Positions 1-13,560 of a stretch of DNA of 64,000 nt are shown here, piece by piece. The DNA is taken from NCBI RefSeq assembly GCF_009914755.1, contig NC_060927.1; one strand, 5' to 3'. The position numbers were made by a program, and so were the translations under genes. Each line of letters starts with the position of its first letter. Position 1 is the stretch's first letter. This stretch comes from the human T2T-CHM13v2.0 reference genome, Homo sapiens. The notes under the pieces were generated by a model. The model searched no databases. It had not been told where the DNA came from and saw only the letters and a program-made list of their open reading frames with translations.

Positions 1-2449
1 AAAATGGGAGCAGACAAATCTTTAAAGTATCTGAAAAAAATGTTTTAAAATGAGCTGGATTTTCTCAGGATAAACCAAAAGTTTACCTTCTGATCTTGAG
101 TAATTATGTCTGTCTCATCCAGTAGCTTCTATTCTCCTGAAAGGCAGGAATTGTCTCACTTTTGTTTGAATTTCCTTTATGGCTAGTACAGTGCCTGGCA
201 TACAATAAGCACTCAGAAAATATTTTTGCTGACTTAAAGTGTCATCACAAGCTGCTTTTTACATATGCCAGTTCCTTTACTCCTTGGGATGATTTTGCAA
301 AGCGTTACTACTCTAGTTTTCACAGAGGAAGGAACTAACCCTAAGGGAGGGTAAGTGATTTGCCCAAGATAGTACCACTAGTAAAAGGCAAAGTTAGGAT
401 TCAGTCCTGTCCTGATTTCTATAGGGTCCTTCCTTATAGACAGGGAAACAGGACACAAAATAATCTAAAACAAGGCATTTCTTTGCCATCTTGCTGTTGT
501 GGATTTCATGCTTTTCTCTCCTTTTTACACCATTGACTTATCATATTATGCTCTTCAATTACATATGTCAGTTTCCTCCCACAATGGCTCTGCAGTCAGC
601 GCTGTAATTGCTCCTTATGGAACCTGAGCCCACATGCCTACAATTTCCCCATCAACTCAGCAGCTCCTACTGCCTCCAAAGGACCATGGCTAATACAGCC
701 TACAAATGTATATGCACCTGTGATTACTGCCATTTTCCACTCAGTTATCATTAAGAAGCACTACTCTAGAGTGCCTTTTAAATATTGTGTATTGGCAACA
801 CTCTGATGTGGGTAGGTGGCTAAGAACCATTATCCTCCAAGTTATTATTGAAAAGTGGTACCCTTAAGGTGGGAGCTGACATGTTCGCTCACACGATTGA
901 GGGAGGATGCAAAGTTCTTCTAGAATTAAGGTCCATTCCCTGCTGTTAAGTTGAGGGCACAAGGCTCTTTCCTAAGTAATTAATTAAGCATCCACTTAAG
1001 GGGGAGGGGAGGGAAACTTCAGCTAAAAAGCTACTAGAGTTTGTGTTGTACAAGAAAAAAGTGGTTGAGAAATAAAGGATTTCCCCAATTTCTTAGGTAT
1101 AGAAATCCCTAAAATACATTTCAAAATAAACTCAAGCAGGTCATGGAACCTGAGAACCTGAGAACTAAAAGGACTTTGAACATATGAGGAAACTGGAGTC
1201 TATGCAGGGAGCAGGGCTTGGCCAAGTGGGTAGCCAAGAATGAGATTTTAAGACCTCCCGACATGGGCCCTCTTCACCATTGTTCAACTGAAGGTTGAGG
1301 CGGGACAGTGATGCCACTTCTACCTTCCATCCCTGGGAGCTTCTTTCAGGAGCAGTAACAGAAACACCAGGTCTCTGGGACAGTGGCTCCTGCCATCGGA
1401 AGAACATTATTTCTAGGACACCCAGAGCTCAGTCTAGAAACTCTGGTCAAGAAAGCCAAACATTGCTGAAGAGATTTAAAATGAAAAGCATAAAAGTGCT
1501 AGTACATGTGCCTGAGATAAAGCCCCCTCTCCACCTCAGGGCTGAGAGAAGCTGGTAAAAATGCTGATTCTAGAGACCTGAGACACTTCTAGGAGAGATT
1601 AAGGGATCAAGTGCAAGGATTTTCCCAATGAACCTGAAGCCCAGGGTAACTGATCATTGTCATAAAAGAAGGGACTCCCTTTCCTCAGGGTTAACCAAAA
1701 GTAGGGAGCTGCAGGAAAGGCTGAAAAGAGGTCCAGAAGGGCTGCCTCGAGGCAGGGACATCATGGAGAGCCACAGTCTGAGGAACTTGACTGGCATCCA
1801 ACAAAGACAAGGCCTAGCTGAAGCAACCACCGCATAAAAACACCAATGAAATAGCCGTCGCAACTAAACTTATTGGGCACATATCATGGGCCCAGCACTT
1901 TTTAAAGCACTCTGTATACATGATCTCATTTGATCCTCATAACAGTCTCTGTAATTCTAATAAGAATTAGAGAATGTGGTAGGGCCACTTTCAAAAGTTC
2001 CGGGAAAGGATTACTATAAAGGAGAACTATCCCATTAATAACATGTTATAAGAGACCAGTGCTATTTGAGATCCCACCACTTCTCTGTGTATGTATAAAT
2101 AATAATTTTTTGTATACATGTTAGTTTGAATCAGGGGAAACCTTCCATTTTGTATCTCAAAAATGGTCAAATAGCAAAAATTTTATATGGCTCAAACTAA
2201 TATGTATATAAAATGTGTATTCTTTATTGGAGGGAAGTGAAAAAGTAGCAGGCAAATACAACAGTGTAGGATATGTGCTATGTAAGGAGTAAATACTGTG
2301 CATGCTGAAGAAAAAAAGACATGAAAGAGAGTTCTAACCAAGATTTCAGCGAGGTGAGCAGTCAGGAGAGACCTCTAAGAGAAAATGACGTCTGTGTTAA
2401 GACCTGAATGGATGACAGTAAAGGAAATTAATCACTAGGAGCCAGATTT

Positions 2450-3832
2450 AGTAAGTCAGGGATGCTTTGCATCATCATGAAGTAGCTGGTGCAGCACTTG
2501 CACTGCCACTGTAAACAAGTAAAAAACTGGGCAAAATATATGAGGAAAAAACCATTTTCAGACATTGGATAATAGACATCACAAGATCGTAATTACTGGG
2601 AATAGGAACACAAACAAAGTGAATCCTTTAATTTATTAAAGTCAACACATTGTGAAAGATTGAAATAATAAAGAATATGTTCTCTGCTTTTACAGAATTA
2701 AATTAGAAATTAAAAACAAAAAGGGATCTAAAAATAAACAACATAGCTGTAAGTAACTCAGGTTAAAAAAGAAATCACAAGGGGAATTTAAAAATATTTT
2801 GAACTGAATGAAAATAAAAACAAATGTGTGGGACATAATTAAAACAGTACCTAGAAGACGTATAACTTCAAATGATTATGTCAGAAAGTAATGAAAAGTC
2901 AAATCGATGATTTAAACTTACATGTTAATCTGCCACAAAAAGGTGAGACAATAAAATTTCAAGTGAGTGGAAATAATAAAATAGTAGAGATAATAGCAGA
3001 AATCAGCCAAATAGAAAATGTACAAATAGCAGAGAAAATAAATGAAACCAAAAGCTGATTTTTTAAAAAAGAACAATAAAACTAATAACTTCTATTTAAA
3101 CACACCAAGAAAACAAGGGAGAAGACACAAATTATTTATATCAAGAACAAAAAAGGGAACATGATTACAAATTTTACAGTCACTAAAAGAATAATAAGGT
3201 CTATTATAAATAGCTTTATGCCAATAAATTTAACTTCTGATAGGAAATGGAAGAATCCTTTGAAAAACACACATGACTAAAACTGACAAGAGAAAATAGA
3301 AATTCCAAATAGTCTATCTAAAAATAATTTTATTTGTAACTAAAAATGCTTCAGAAGGAAAAATCCCAGCCCAGATGACATCTCTGGTGAATAATTTCAA
3401 ACATCTAAGGAAGAAATAATAATGATTATACACAATCTCTTTCATGAAATAGGGAAGGTGATGGTACATGAGCCGTCACTAGATAGGTGTTCAAACAAAA
3501 CGCCAGCAGCACCACCATGATCCTGCTTTCCTAACGGAGCCTTGTGGCGTCTGCAATTCCACTTCTGGGCAGTTATCCAAGAGCAATTAAAACATGTGTC
3601 CATAAAAATGCTTGTATACAAATCTTCACAGAATTATTATTTATGCTAGATTAAAAACTGGTAACAATCTAAATATGTATTAGCAGGAGAAGGTATAAAT
3701 AAACAATTTTAATACATATATATGGTAAAATACTACTCAGAAATAAAAAAGAATGCACTGCAGATATATAAAAAAAGCATAGATTAATCTAAAAAGCATT
3801 ACACTGAGTAAAAGTAGCCAGACACAAAAGAC

Positions 3833-3835
<3 letters not shown>
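2450..3835 (+). mobile_element. Ancient L1M fragments (5' piece, ORF2 ~2640-3468, 3' end from ~3553)
   Basis: A-rich degenerate ORF2 homology (CCCAGATGAC..GGTGAAT; GCAATTCCACTTCTGGG). Confidence 0.7.
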
Positions 3836-3864
<29 letters not shown>

Positions 3865-4130
3865 CTCTCTCTATATATAAAAATATGTATGTGTGCATAT
3901 ATATACATATATATACGCATATATATACATATATATACGCATATATATATACATATATATACGCATATATATATACATATATACGCATATATATATACAT
4001 ATATATGCATATATACGTATATATATATGCATATATATATACGTGTACACACATATATATACGTGTATATATACACACATATATATACACGTATATATAT
4101 ATATACACACACATATATATATATATATAT
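3833..4130. repeat. Compound (TA)/(CA)/(TG) microsatellite, ~300 bp
   Basis: Direct reading; TATATACGCA and TATATACA subunits. Confidence 0.95.
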
Positions 4131-4490
4131 CAGAAAGTGTAGATTTTTCTCCTGCTAAATCCATCCTCCCTATGCACCATCATTACTCCAGTACCTTGAA
4201 GAGCTACAGGGATCTAGAAAGGACCTAAAATACCCTATGTTCAAATAACAATAAGCTCGACACCTTTTAAGTGAAAATGTTTGCACCCACTGGTGGTAAC
4301 TTGAAGCCATAGGAGAAAGATAACATTTATTTCTGAAGTGTTAGTTTTGATCAAACCTGCTTTAGTTAGTTAGATTATGTATATATACACAAACCCAGAG
4401 ACCTACACACAAAGCCAAAATATGTATAAAAAACAAACACTGATGTACTATGGAATATAAAAATAATAAATTTTTAAAGATAAAGCATGA

Positions 4491-4793
4491 GGCTGGGTTG
4501 TGGTGGCTCACACCTGTAGACCCAGTGCTTTGGGAGGCCACAAAGAGATGATTGCTTAAGCCCAGGAGTTTGTGACTAGCCTGGGCAACATAGTGAGCAC
4601 TGTTTCTACAAATTTGTTTAAAAAAATTAGCTATGCATGGTGGAGTGTGCCTGTAGTCCTAGGTATTCCGGAGGCTGAGGTGGGAGGATCACTTGAGCCC
4701 AGAAGTTGTGGGCTGCAGTGAGCTATGATTGCACCACTGCACTCTAGCCTGGGCAGCAATGAACTACTGACTCAAATAAATAAATAAATAACG
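4491..4793 (+). mobile_element. AluJ
   Basis: Dimeric Alu with (TAAA)n tail; TSD AAAGATAAAGCATGA at 4476-4490 and 4794-4808. Confidence 0.92.
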
Positions 4794-5750
4794 AAAGATA
4801 AAGCATGAGATTCTAAAGACATTTTATGTTTTCAGCAGGCTAATTTAACCTACATTTCTAGGCTTCCTTCACCTCCTGCCCTCCACTTCACATCTTCTTC
4901 CCACCCCTGTGAGAGGTATCTCTATTCATTCTCCTTGGCCATCCAGGGACTTGGATGGATATGTTTGACAAAGACTGATGAAAGGCATATGCTAACAGGT
5001 ACCAAGAACTAGGAGATGGTGTCAGGTGCTCTTTGGCTTTCCTCAGCATCACCTAACCTGAGGAACCTGGAGGACTGTTGCTTGGGACCCTTCCCAGAAG
5101 AAGAAGTTGTCAATCTTGTGGTTTGACAATTCCATTACCACCCTTTCTATTTATTCTATCCATCTTCCATGACTTCTGATTGCACCAAGCCACAAACAGT
5201 CCACAGTGCATTGTATACTCAAGAACCTAGACACAGAGGCTACAGAGAGGTCACACAAACATGTGGACTAGGAACTTCCAAGTTTTTGTGAACACCGCTA
5301 CTAGCTGACTCACTACCTGAATCACTGGGAGAGAATGAACTATGGGAGGGGCCTTGATAGTCTCCCACGTTTCTGTGCAACCCAGAGCATATCACAGCTT
5401 CTCAGAGCAGTTACTGGAACATTGGCTTTGCTTTACTTACGGACTTTAGGATCTATAGACTTCTTTGTTTTTAACATCACATGTTGTTTCCATCAGAAGA
5501 TTTTATTGTAATGAGTCAGTGCTTCTCACTGGAACTAATACTGGTCACGGGGCATGTTTTAAAATTTAATGGGATCATTTGATTTGCTACTGTTATTAGT
5601 GGACAAGAGCCAGGAATGACAGACCTTTTGCATTGCAAAGGACAGCTCCAAACAACTAAGAAGTGTCCTGCATTCCATGTGAAAGTTAAATAATCTTTTT
5701 TATACTAGTCTGACCTGGCATATATACTAGTCTGACCTTTTTATACTAGT

Positions 5751-5851
5751 CTTCCTTCACCAGTGCTTCTTTTACCTCTCAAATAAACTGCTTTGCTATT
5801 GTATCTTTGTTTCAAGGTGAGTTTCTGGTGTAACCCGAACTATGGTAATTT
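5751..5851 (+). repeat. 101-bp dispersed copy of 7165-7265
   Basis: Ungapped alignment with 6 mismatches. Confidence 0.95.
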
Positions 5852-5870
5852 TTTTAATTCTAGTATTTAA

Positions 5871-5903
<33 letters not shown>

Positions 5904-5970
5904 CATATATATACACGCACACACATATATATACATATATATACACACACACACATATATATATACATAT
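5871..5970. repeat. (CT)n(TA)n(CA)n compound microsatellite
   Basis: Direct reading. Confidence 0.9.
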
Positions 5971-6362
5971 GCTAGTCTGACCCTAGCATTTAACTCTATT
6001 TTATATGTATACTCACACTGCTAATGGCATTTGAATTCCATTGTAACACACCTGTGCTGTTACGTTTGTGCATTTGTAGCTATGGCATGCAATCTGATTC
6101 TGTGAAGAAGTGCAAGCATTTCACTACTTGCTCAGGTACTCGAGTGTGATGTGCTCCAGCAATTGCATTGCTAAAATGTCATTATTTTTTACAAATTACT
6201 TCCCTTTATTTCTTCATGTATTAAGTTCGGGGCATTATATTGCAGTCTGTGAAATGATATGTTTATAGATTACATTATCTATGATTTTTATATCCAGATA
6301 CTAAATGGGATATCACAAAATATTTGTTGTTGTTGCTTTTGTTATGTGCATGTGTTTGTGTG

Positions 6363-6397
<35 letters not shown>

Positions 6398-6856
6398 AAA
6401 AGAGCATTCAATCTAAAAGTCAAGAAAATGACGATATGGGTGATAAATATTGACAGCTTAGACAAGGGCTTGAGGGGTGAAAAAGAAAGTCACTGTGGAT
6501 ATAGAATTAACAGAATTTACAAAGAGATTAGATTCAGTGGATTTTAATTAAGCTCTGTTTCAACTTTCCCTTCTGTAGGCTAAATAAACCCAGAGCCATC
6601 AACCAACTTGGCCTGCTTTATAAATCTTTTGTTATCTCGGCTGCTGGCTTCAGAAGCACTTCCCTGGGTCTCTAAGTTGTGTTCAGTTATGGATTTCCAA
6701 ACAGAGCTTAAACATATTAAGCGAGAAATCGGGTCTCCCAATTCCCACGTAATACACCATGCACTGGCTCACAGATCTGACAATGTAACGTGGATATGCA
6801 CATGTAGCAGCCATTATCAGTGGCCTGTCTATATTCTCCCATCTCCTGTATATGTC

Positions 6857-7262
6857 CAGTGACTTGCAGCTGCCAGCATCTACATTTCTTTAATTAAGAG
6901 TCTTCTTTGGCCACTGAAGCCCATCATGAAGGAGGCTGGAAGTGCAACCCACCTGCATCCCCCAAATAACACTCAACCTGTAACTTCCTGCAGTAGGTGT
7001 ATAAATACTGGAGCTCCCTCATCCTTTATATGGGATAACTCTAAGGTGTGTGCCCAACACTGTTCTCCAGGGTTTCCTCTACAGGATTCAGCTCCAGTCA
7101 TCCACAGTAATAGATGATTTGATAATAAACCCCATGTCGACTGCCTTCCCTGTCTCATTTTCCCCTTCTTTCACCAGTGTTTCTTTCACCACCCAAATAA
7201 ACTGCTTTGCTATTGTATCTTTGTTTCAAGGTGAGTTTCTGGTGTAACCTGAACTATGGTAA
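6857..7262 (+). mobile_element. ERVL solo LTR (LTR16-like)
   Basis: AATAAAC followed by TTTCTGG..AACCTGAACTA, an LTR16-type 3' end. Confidence 0.6.
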
Positions 7263-10200
7263 TTTGTCATTCATTGGGCTCGAGTCCTCTCATGGTAGAG
7301 GTATGTAGTTGAAGAGCTCAGGCCTAGGAGACAGACCTGGACCCTAGCTCCCATCTGTAACAACTCACCATTTGAGTTTAGGCGTGTTACTTCTCTCTGG
7401 GCTTTAGCTTTCTTACCTTTAAAATAAGAATTTGGCTACATTAGCCTTTCCCAAAATACACTCATTGGAAGAACACTCTGTTTTTGAAATGTTAATAGTT
7501 GTCATGGGGAAAACAGAAGAGAAGGAAGAACACTTCTGGTCTATATCAGGATTATGCTGAAGTAAAAGTAGGAGTGCCTAGCTCAGTGCCTGACGTATAG
7601 TAATCTTGTAATAAATGGTGATTGATTCTGAATACTAACAAGTTAGCTCATGCTCCACACAGAATTGCCATAGACAGGGGTTCTTGACCTGAAGTCCATG
7701 AACTTCCTGAAATTATAATTAGAATTATATACCCTGTGCTCCTGTGCCCTTTTCTGGGACAAATTTCTCAGTTTAATTATATTTTTAGGCTCCCTACAAA
7801 ATTAGCTCTGTATTAAGCCATTTATTCTTATCAGTTGTTTTAAAACATAACAGCAGACCACTACTTCCATTTCAGTGATTAATCATCAATAAGCACTTAT
7901 TAAACATCTTATCTCCCTTTTGGAGGAACAATTTCTAGGTCTTTGTGTAGTGGTCAATTATAGAAGGATGTAGATGAAGAGCTACATAAGAATTTCTGAG
8001 ATATGAATACAAATTGAATAAAGTGATATTTAAATATAAGAATTCAGTTGATATAAGAAAAAGAACTAATGGATTAAAAAAACGCTGTATGTCACAGGAA
8101 GCGGTATCGGCATGTAGGTAGAAATGAAAAAAAAAGTTGAATCTGGCCAGTTTGATGGAGATATGCTGTTTGTTGGAATGGGGGTGGGATAGACTCTAAA
8201 TGGATCAGGATAATCAAGCTGCTGTTAGAACACTTTCTCCACTCTTTTCTGTTAGAGCAACAGACCACAAGTCTTAGATTAAAATGATTTGCCCCACTCT
8301 CAGTCCATCCATTGGATCAGTGTGTCCTGGTGTTTATTATTATTATTTTTTTAATGTTCGCTACATCTGTCTTTGGTGCCTCAATAGCTTGCACAGTCCT
8401 TTCCTATGTGTAAGGCCTTAATAACATTTTTCAGGCTGTTTGGAGATCTGATGTTATCCCAAACCATGAACAGCAGAGCTGTCTTCGCATGAATCAACCT
8501 CAAGGAGAATGGAACAAACCACTAGAGGTGTTTCCAGCTCCAATTTTTTTTTCAGTCTTTTTCTCCACACAAAGCCTAATGTTTGGTTGTTATTGACAAC
8601 TGCTATGACCACATTTGAGAGTGTGTGCCAGGAGCCATGTGGAGGAAGTGTGGAGGCGAAAGAAAAAGAGACAAATTGGCAGAAATAATTTTAAGTGACG
8701 CCTTTTCCCCCAATTACTTAAACTCACCTGGCTTTGTCTACATCAAGAGAGGCATAATTTTCTTGTTTTTAAAAACAAATGATGCCTCAGTAGAAAATAA
8801 ATGCATTATCATGGGTAAAAGGCAAATACATTGTCAAAATAATTGCTATGGGAGATAGAATCCAGTTTCAGCAAACTCTTTTCAGTTTCTTATAGGCAGC
8901 AAATAGTGTTTAATGAGAATAAACTAAACAATATCTTTGGTACAACGACCTCTGCTACACTTTTTCAGTTAAAATTTCTAGCTCGGTCAGTCTTTACATT
9001 TTTGTGAGTTTAGGGTCCCTTTTTAATAACTGAGGATTTTAAGTACTGGTGGTGGTATGCTTAGTAATTATTAAAGAGAAAAAATATAAAATGGTGTTCT
9101 AGTTATTGTTGATACTGATTGTGGGACCACAGCTGTGACTGTCACTCACAAAACCTATACATAGCCTCTTTCTATAGTCTCTTTGCTTTCTCATGTCAAG
9201 GTAGTTGGGTTTCAAGAGCAAGTATCTCAAGAAAACCTGATGTCACCTGTATCATCTTTTATGATTCAGACTAAGGTCACTTGGACTCAGGTGTCCTCAG
9301 CTCAAGTCACAGAACTCACTCCTGCTCCCATAGCAAACCCACCCAGACTTACTTGCTTCAGGTCAACATTACATTATAAGACAAATATCTGGGATTAGAG
9401 ATAGTATTATGGCCATTTAAAAAAGTACAATCTTCCACAAATAGAAAAAATGCTATCACCATTTTTGTAACATTCTTAAATGAATATATGAGCTTATCAC
9501 ACCTGGCAATGAGATTTCAGTGTCTCAGTATCACCTCCCATCATTGGGCATCTCTGCTGTAGAGCAAATGCAGGTAAAACACACCTCAAAAGGGTCAAGG
9601 CAAATAGGCACTGCTTTCCACCCTTACCATGCCATTTCCACACACAGAAGATCGACCTTCTTGATCTCTACTGAGCATACCTTCCAGCACATTCCATATT
9701 CTGCCTTTTCTAGCCTTCTTTAAATCATTCTCCTACATGCGATTTATCCCTCATTCAGACAACAAGGTTGAATGAAAATACATACCTAGTCACAAAACAA
9801 AGCATCTCACAAACCAACTCTGGCTACATTTTTTGGCACAAATAGTAACAATGACATATGCAGCTACCAATTTTGAGTACTTAAATGCCAGACACTGGGC
9901 TAAGTGCTTAACAGACGTTAGCTAAAGTAACCATCAATAGGATAAGAAGACAGGTCCTAATATTATCCTATTAAAAAAAAACAAATCAAAAGGGTCCATG
10001 AAGTTTATTATAAATGTACCCAAAGTCCCAGCTATAACGTCATGGACTGGAACTCACAGAAACCTTGCTTTTAATCATTATGCTGTTATGTTCCCATACA
10101 GGCTAAAATTGTCTATATAACGTGACATTAATGGACTTGCATGGTCTGGACCTTATTTTTCAGGTTTAACAGTTTTTCTCCACCCTTATGTAATCTATAC

Positions 10201-11618
10201 AATAGTGACCTAGTGCATCTTACTATATCCCCTTCCTCCAGAGACACATAGTCACTTTCATTCTTTTGTGCACGTGCTTAAGGTATCTTTCTATTTTCCA
10301 ACTGGCAAAATAAAAATTCCCTGCAAAATTCCATTTCCTCTAGGAATCCTGTGCTGACTTCTTCAGACAGTTAAATGTCTCTCCTCTCAATCTCTATGTC
10401 ACTGAATACATTCCTCTATTAAAACTTCTCTGAAATCATTGAATTTAATTATCTGGGTGTCTTTCCCACAAGGTACTGTACTACGTGAGGCCTGAGAGGT
10501 ACCATTTGTCTGCAAAGCTCAAAGATGAACACAGCACTTGTACCAAGTAGTCATACATTAAATATTTGTTAGAACTTTAGTTTCTTGCCATGATGAAGTG
10601 CACTAGCCTTCTTGTAGTAAACAATCATAAGCCTGGATAAATAATATAACTGTTTTCTGATGTTGAACCAAAGGTAGTGGAAGACTGTGCTCTCTGAGAG
10701 CTGGGAAACAAACAAGATAATCCCCACAATAACCGTGGCTTTCTGCCTGAAGGCACTTTTGGACTGTAGGGCAGTGAAAAAAAAGCCAAAACATCACAGT
10801 TGCCTCACTGAGCTAAAAAAGATAAAGGCCAGAATTTAAGACTACTGAAACAGTTGGAGTTTCTGGAAACAGGATAAGAGGGAAAAGGAAGCTGAGTAGA
10901 GAAGGAACTCCAGAAATCTGCATAGGGAGCCCCTTGAGTCTTTGGCTGAGTATTAGCCTGTGTATATACACAGAAAAATTTCATAAAGCTATGCTAGAAG
11001 CATTTACCAGAGGGAAAAAATACTGGGGAACTGTGAGCTAAACAAACCCCAGAGTTTGCACAGGGCTAGAAGATGATTGCATTCTGATCTGCCAGAGTGG
11101 AGACATTTTGCTAAACATCCCAGATATGCAATAAAACTTATAGAAAAGCAATACTTTAGGAATAGAATTAGTAGAACCCTAAGGTAGACATAATTCTAGT
11201 CTTTAAAAGTTTATGAATAAATCTCAAAAGGAACATGTTAATCCTTGAGCAAATTCAATGCCGAATGGAACAAAACACAAAATTCTATTATGAAAGAAGA
11301 GAAAATTCTCCAAAAATGTAATTTTTACAATATCAACTGTACAATCAAATTTACTACATATGTAAATGAACATAAATATGTGATCCATAACTATAGAAAA
11401 GTCAGAAAAATAGAAATAAAGAAATGGGAAAGGTGATAAAATTAGTAAATAAGAATTTGAAAACAACTGTTATAATTATATTCAAGAATTTAAAGGATAG
11501 CATAAGCATAGTGAGAGAACAAATAGGGAATCTGAATAAAGGGAAATGTAGCATAATAAAATGGAAATTCTAGAATTGAAAGATGTAATATTTAAAAGGA
11601 AAAAATTATGAGATGAGT

Positions 11619-11682
11619 TTAATAGCAGATTAGACAGTCGATAAGAGAGGTTAATAGCAGATTAGACAGTCCATAAGAGAGG
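11619..11682. repeat. 32-bp tandem duplication
   Basis: TTAATAGCAGATTAGACAGTC(G/C)ATAAGAGAGG twice. Confidence 0.9.
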
Positions 11683-12334
11683 TTAAGATAGAAGAATATA
11701 AATTATATAAATGGGAGGATGTCACAAAAAATAAAATGCTGAGGGAAGTGAATAGCATCTCTGTGAGCTCTGGGACAATATAAAGGAGTCTAGTAAGTGT
11801 GTAATTGGAATACCAGGAGGAGACAAAAGAGAAGTTGAAGTGGGGAAAAATATTTACAGAAATAATGGTTGAAACCTTTTAAATAACATGAACAATATAA
11901 ATCCATGGCTACAAGAAATTCAGTGTACTTCAAGCAAGATAGACACAAAGAAAACTAGTCCATAGTATGTTATAATCCAATTGATGTAAACCAGTAATAT
12001 GTAAAATTAATAATAAAAAAATGTTAAAAGCAGCCAGAGGGAATAAGAAAAGACATATCAAAAACAAACATGAGAACAACTGATTATGAGTTGTTCTCAA
12101 TTATCTATTATCACTGATTTCTTATCAGAAACTACTCAAATCAGAGAAAATTGGAACATCTGATGTGGTGGCAAGAAAACCTGTCAACTTAGAAATCACA
12201 TCCAAAGAAAATGTTGTAAAAATGAAGGCAAAATACAGTATTTTCAGATAGACGAAAAGCTGAGAGACTTTGCGGCTAGCACATCTTCCTTTGGGCTGAG
12301 AGCTACATAAAAGAATAAAAAGAGCCAGAAATGG

Positions 12335-12647
12335 AGCCAGGCGCAGTGGCTCATGCCTGTAATCCTAGCACTTTGGGAGGCTGAGACGGGCAGATCATTT
12401 GAAGTCAGGAGTTCGAGACCAGCCTGGCCAACATGGTGAAACCCCATCGCTACTAAAAATACAAAAAATAGCTGGGCGTGGTGGCATGTGCCTGTAATCC
12501 CAGCTACCTGGGGAGCTGAGGCAGGAGAATTGCTAGAGCCCACAAAGTGGAGGCTGTAGTGAGTTGAGCCACTGCACTCCAGCCTGGGCGACAGAGCAAG
12601 ACTCTGTCTCAAAAAAAAAAACACAAAAAACAAAAAACAAAACTGAG
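12335..12647 (+). mobile_element. AluS
   Basis: Dimeric Alu; TSD AGAGCCAGAAATGG at 12321-12334 and 12648-12661. Confidence 0.93.
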
Positions 12648-13159
12648 AGAGCCAGAAATGGTAAATACATGTATGTATTTAAATTTTTTCTCAACTCTTA
12701 AAGTTTTTAAAAGACAACTATTTAAAAAGAAAAAATAATGTATTATAGGGTTCACAGCACATGAACAAGTAAAACACATAACAACAGCACAAAAGATAGG
12801 GCTGAAATGGAGATAGAGTGTTAAAGAGTATTTATATATGAAGTAATATATATTATTTGAAGGTTGACAGTGATAAGCTAAAGATGTGTATTATGAACCC
12901 TAAAATTACCTCTGAGAAATAAAGCAGAGGGATGGCTAATAAACCAAAAGGAAAGATAAAATAAAATAATAGAAAGTATTTAGTTGGTTCAAAAACAGGC
13001 AGAAAAGTAGGGAGAAAATCATGAAGAACAGAGCCAAAAATTAGAAAGTGAATATCAAATTGGCACAGTAATACTCCACATAATAATTACATTAAATATA
13101 AATAGACCAAAAAATCCAGTCAAAAAAAGATTTTAAGATTTGATTAAAAAGGAAACACC

Positions 13160-13287
13160 AGCCATGCAGGGTGACTCATATCTGCCATTGCAGTACTTTG
13201 GGAGACTGAGGCAGAAGGATCACATGAGGCCAGGATTTTGAGACCAGCCTGAGAAAGAAAGCAAGACCCTGACTCTACAAAAAAAAG
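13160..13287 (+). mobile_element. Alu left monomer/FLAM
   Basis: Single Alu arm with an A tail. Confidence 0.75.
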
Positions 13288-13560
13288 GAAATAGCTAACT
13301 ATATGCTGTTTACAAAAGACACATATTAAATATAAAAGACATATGTTAAATATAAATATATAAAATATATAAATTATATAATATATAAATATATAAAATA
13401 TATAAGTTAAAGTTAAAAGATAGAAAAAGACAAACAAGGAAATATTAATCATAAGAAAACTGGAGAGGTTCTGTTAATATAAAACAAAGTACATACAGAA
13501 CATTTCAGTATCACCAGAGATAAGGAGGGAAATTTCACAATGATTAATAAGTACCAATTT

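Larger units (their letters stand above)
5517..6330. mobile_element. hAT-Charlie-like DNA transposon relic, interrupted
   Basis: CAGTGCTTCTCA terminus and MER20-like 5' part. Confidence 0.45.

Noticed and set aside
3737-4228. Six overlapping Y/I/H/T-rich ORFs
   Set aside because: Translation of a TA/CA microsatellite that lacks stop codons.
12244-12633. Alu-derived ORFs (also 21319-21828 and 34265-34657)
   Set aside because: Typical antisense Alu translations, not genes.
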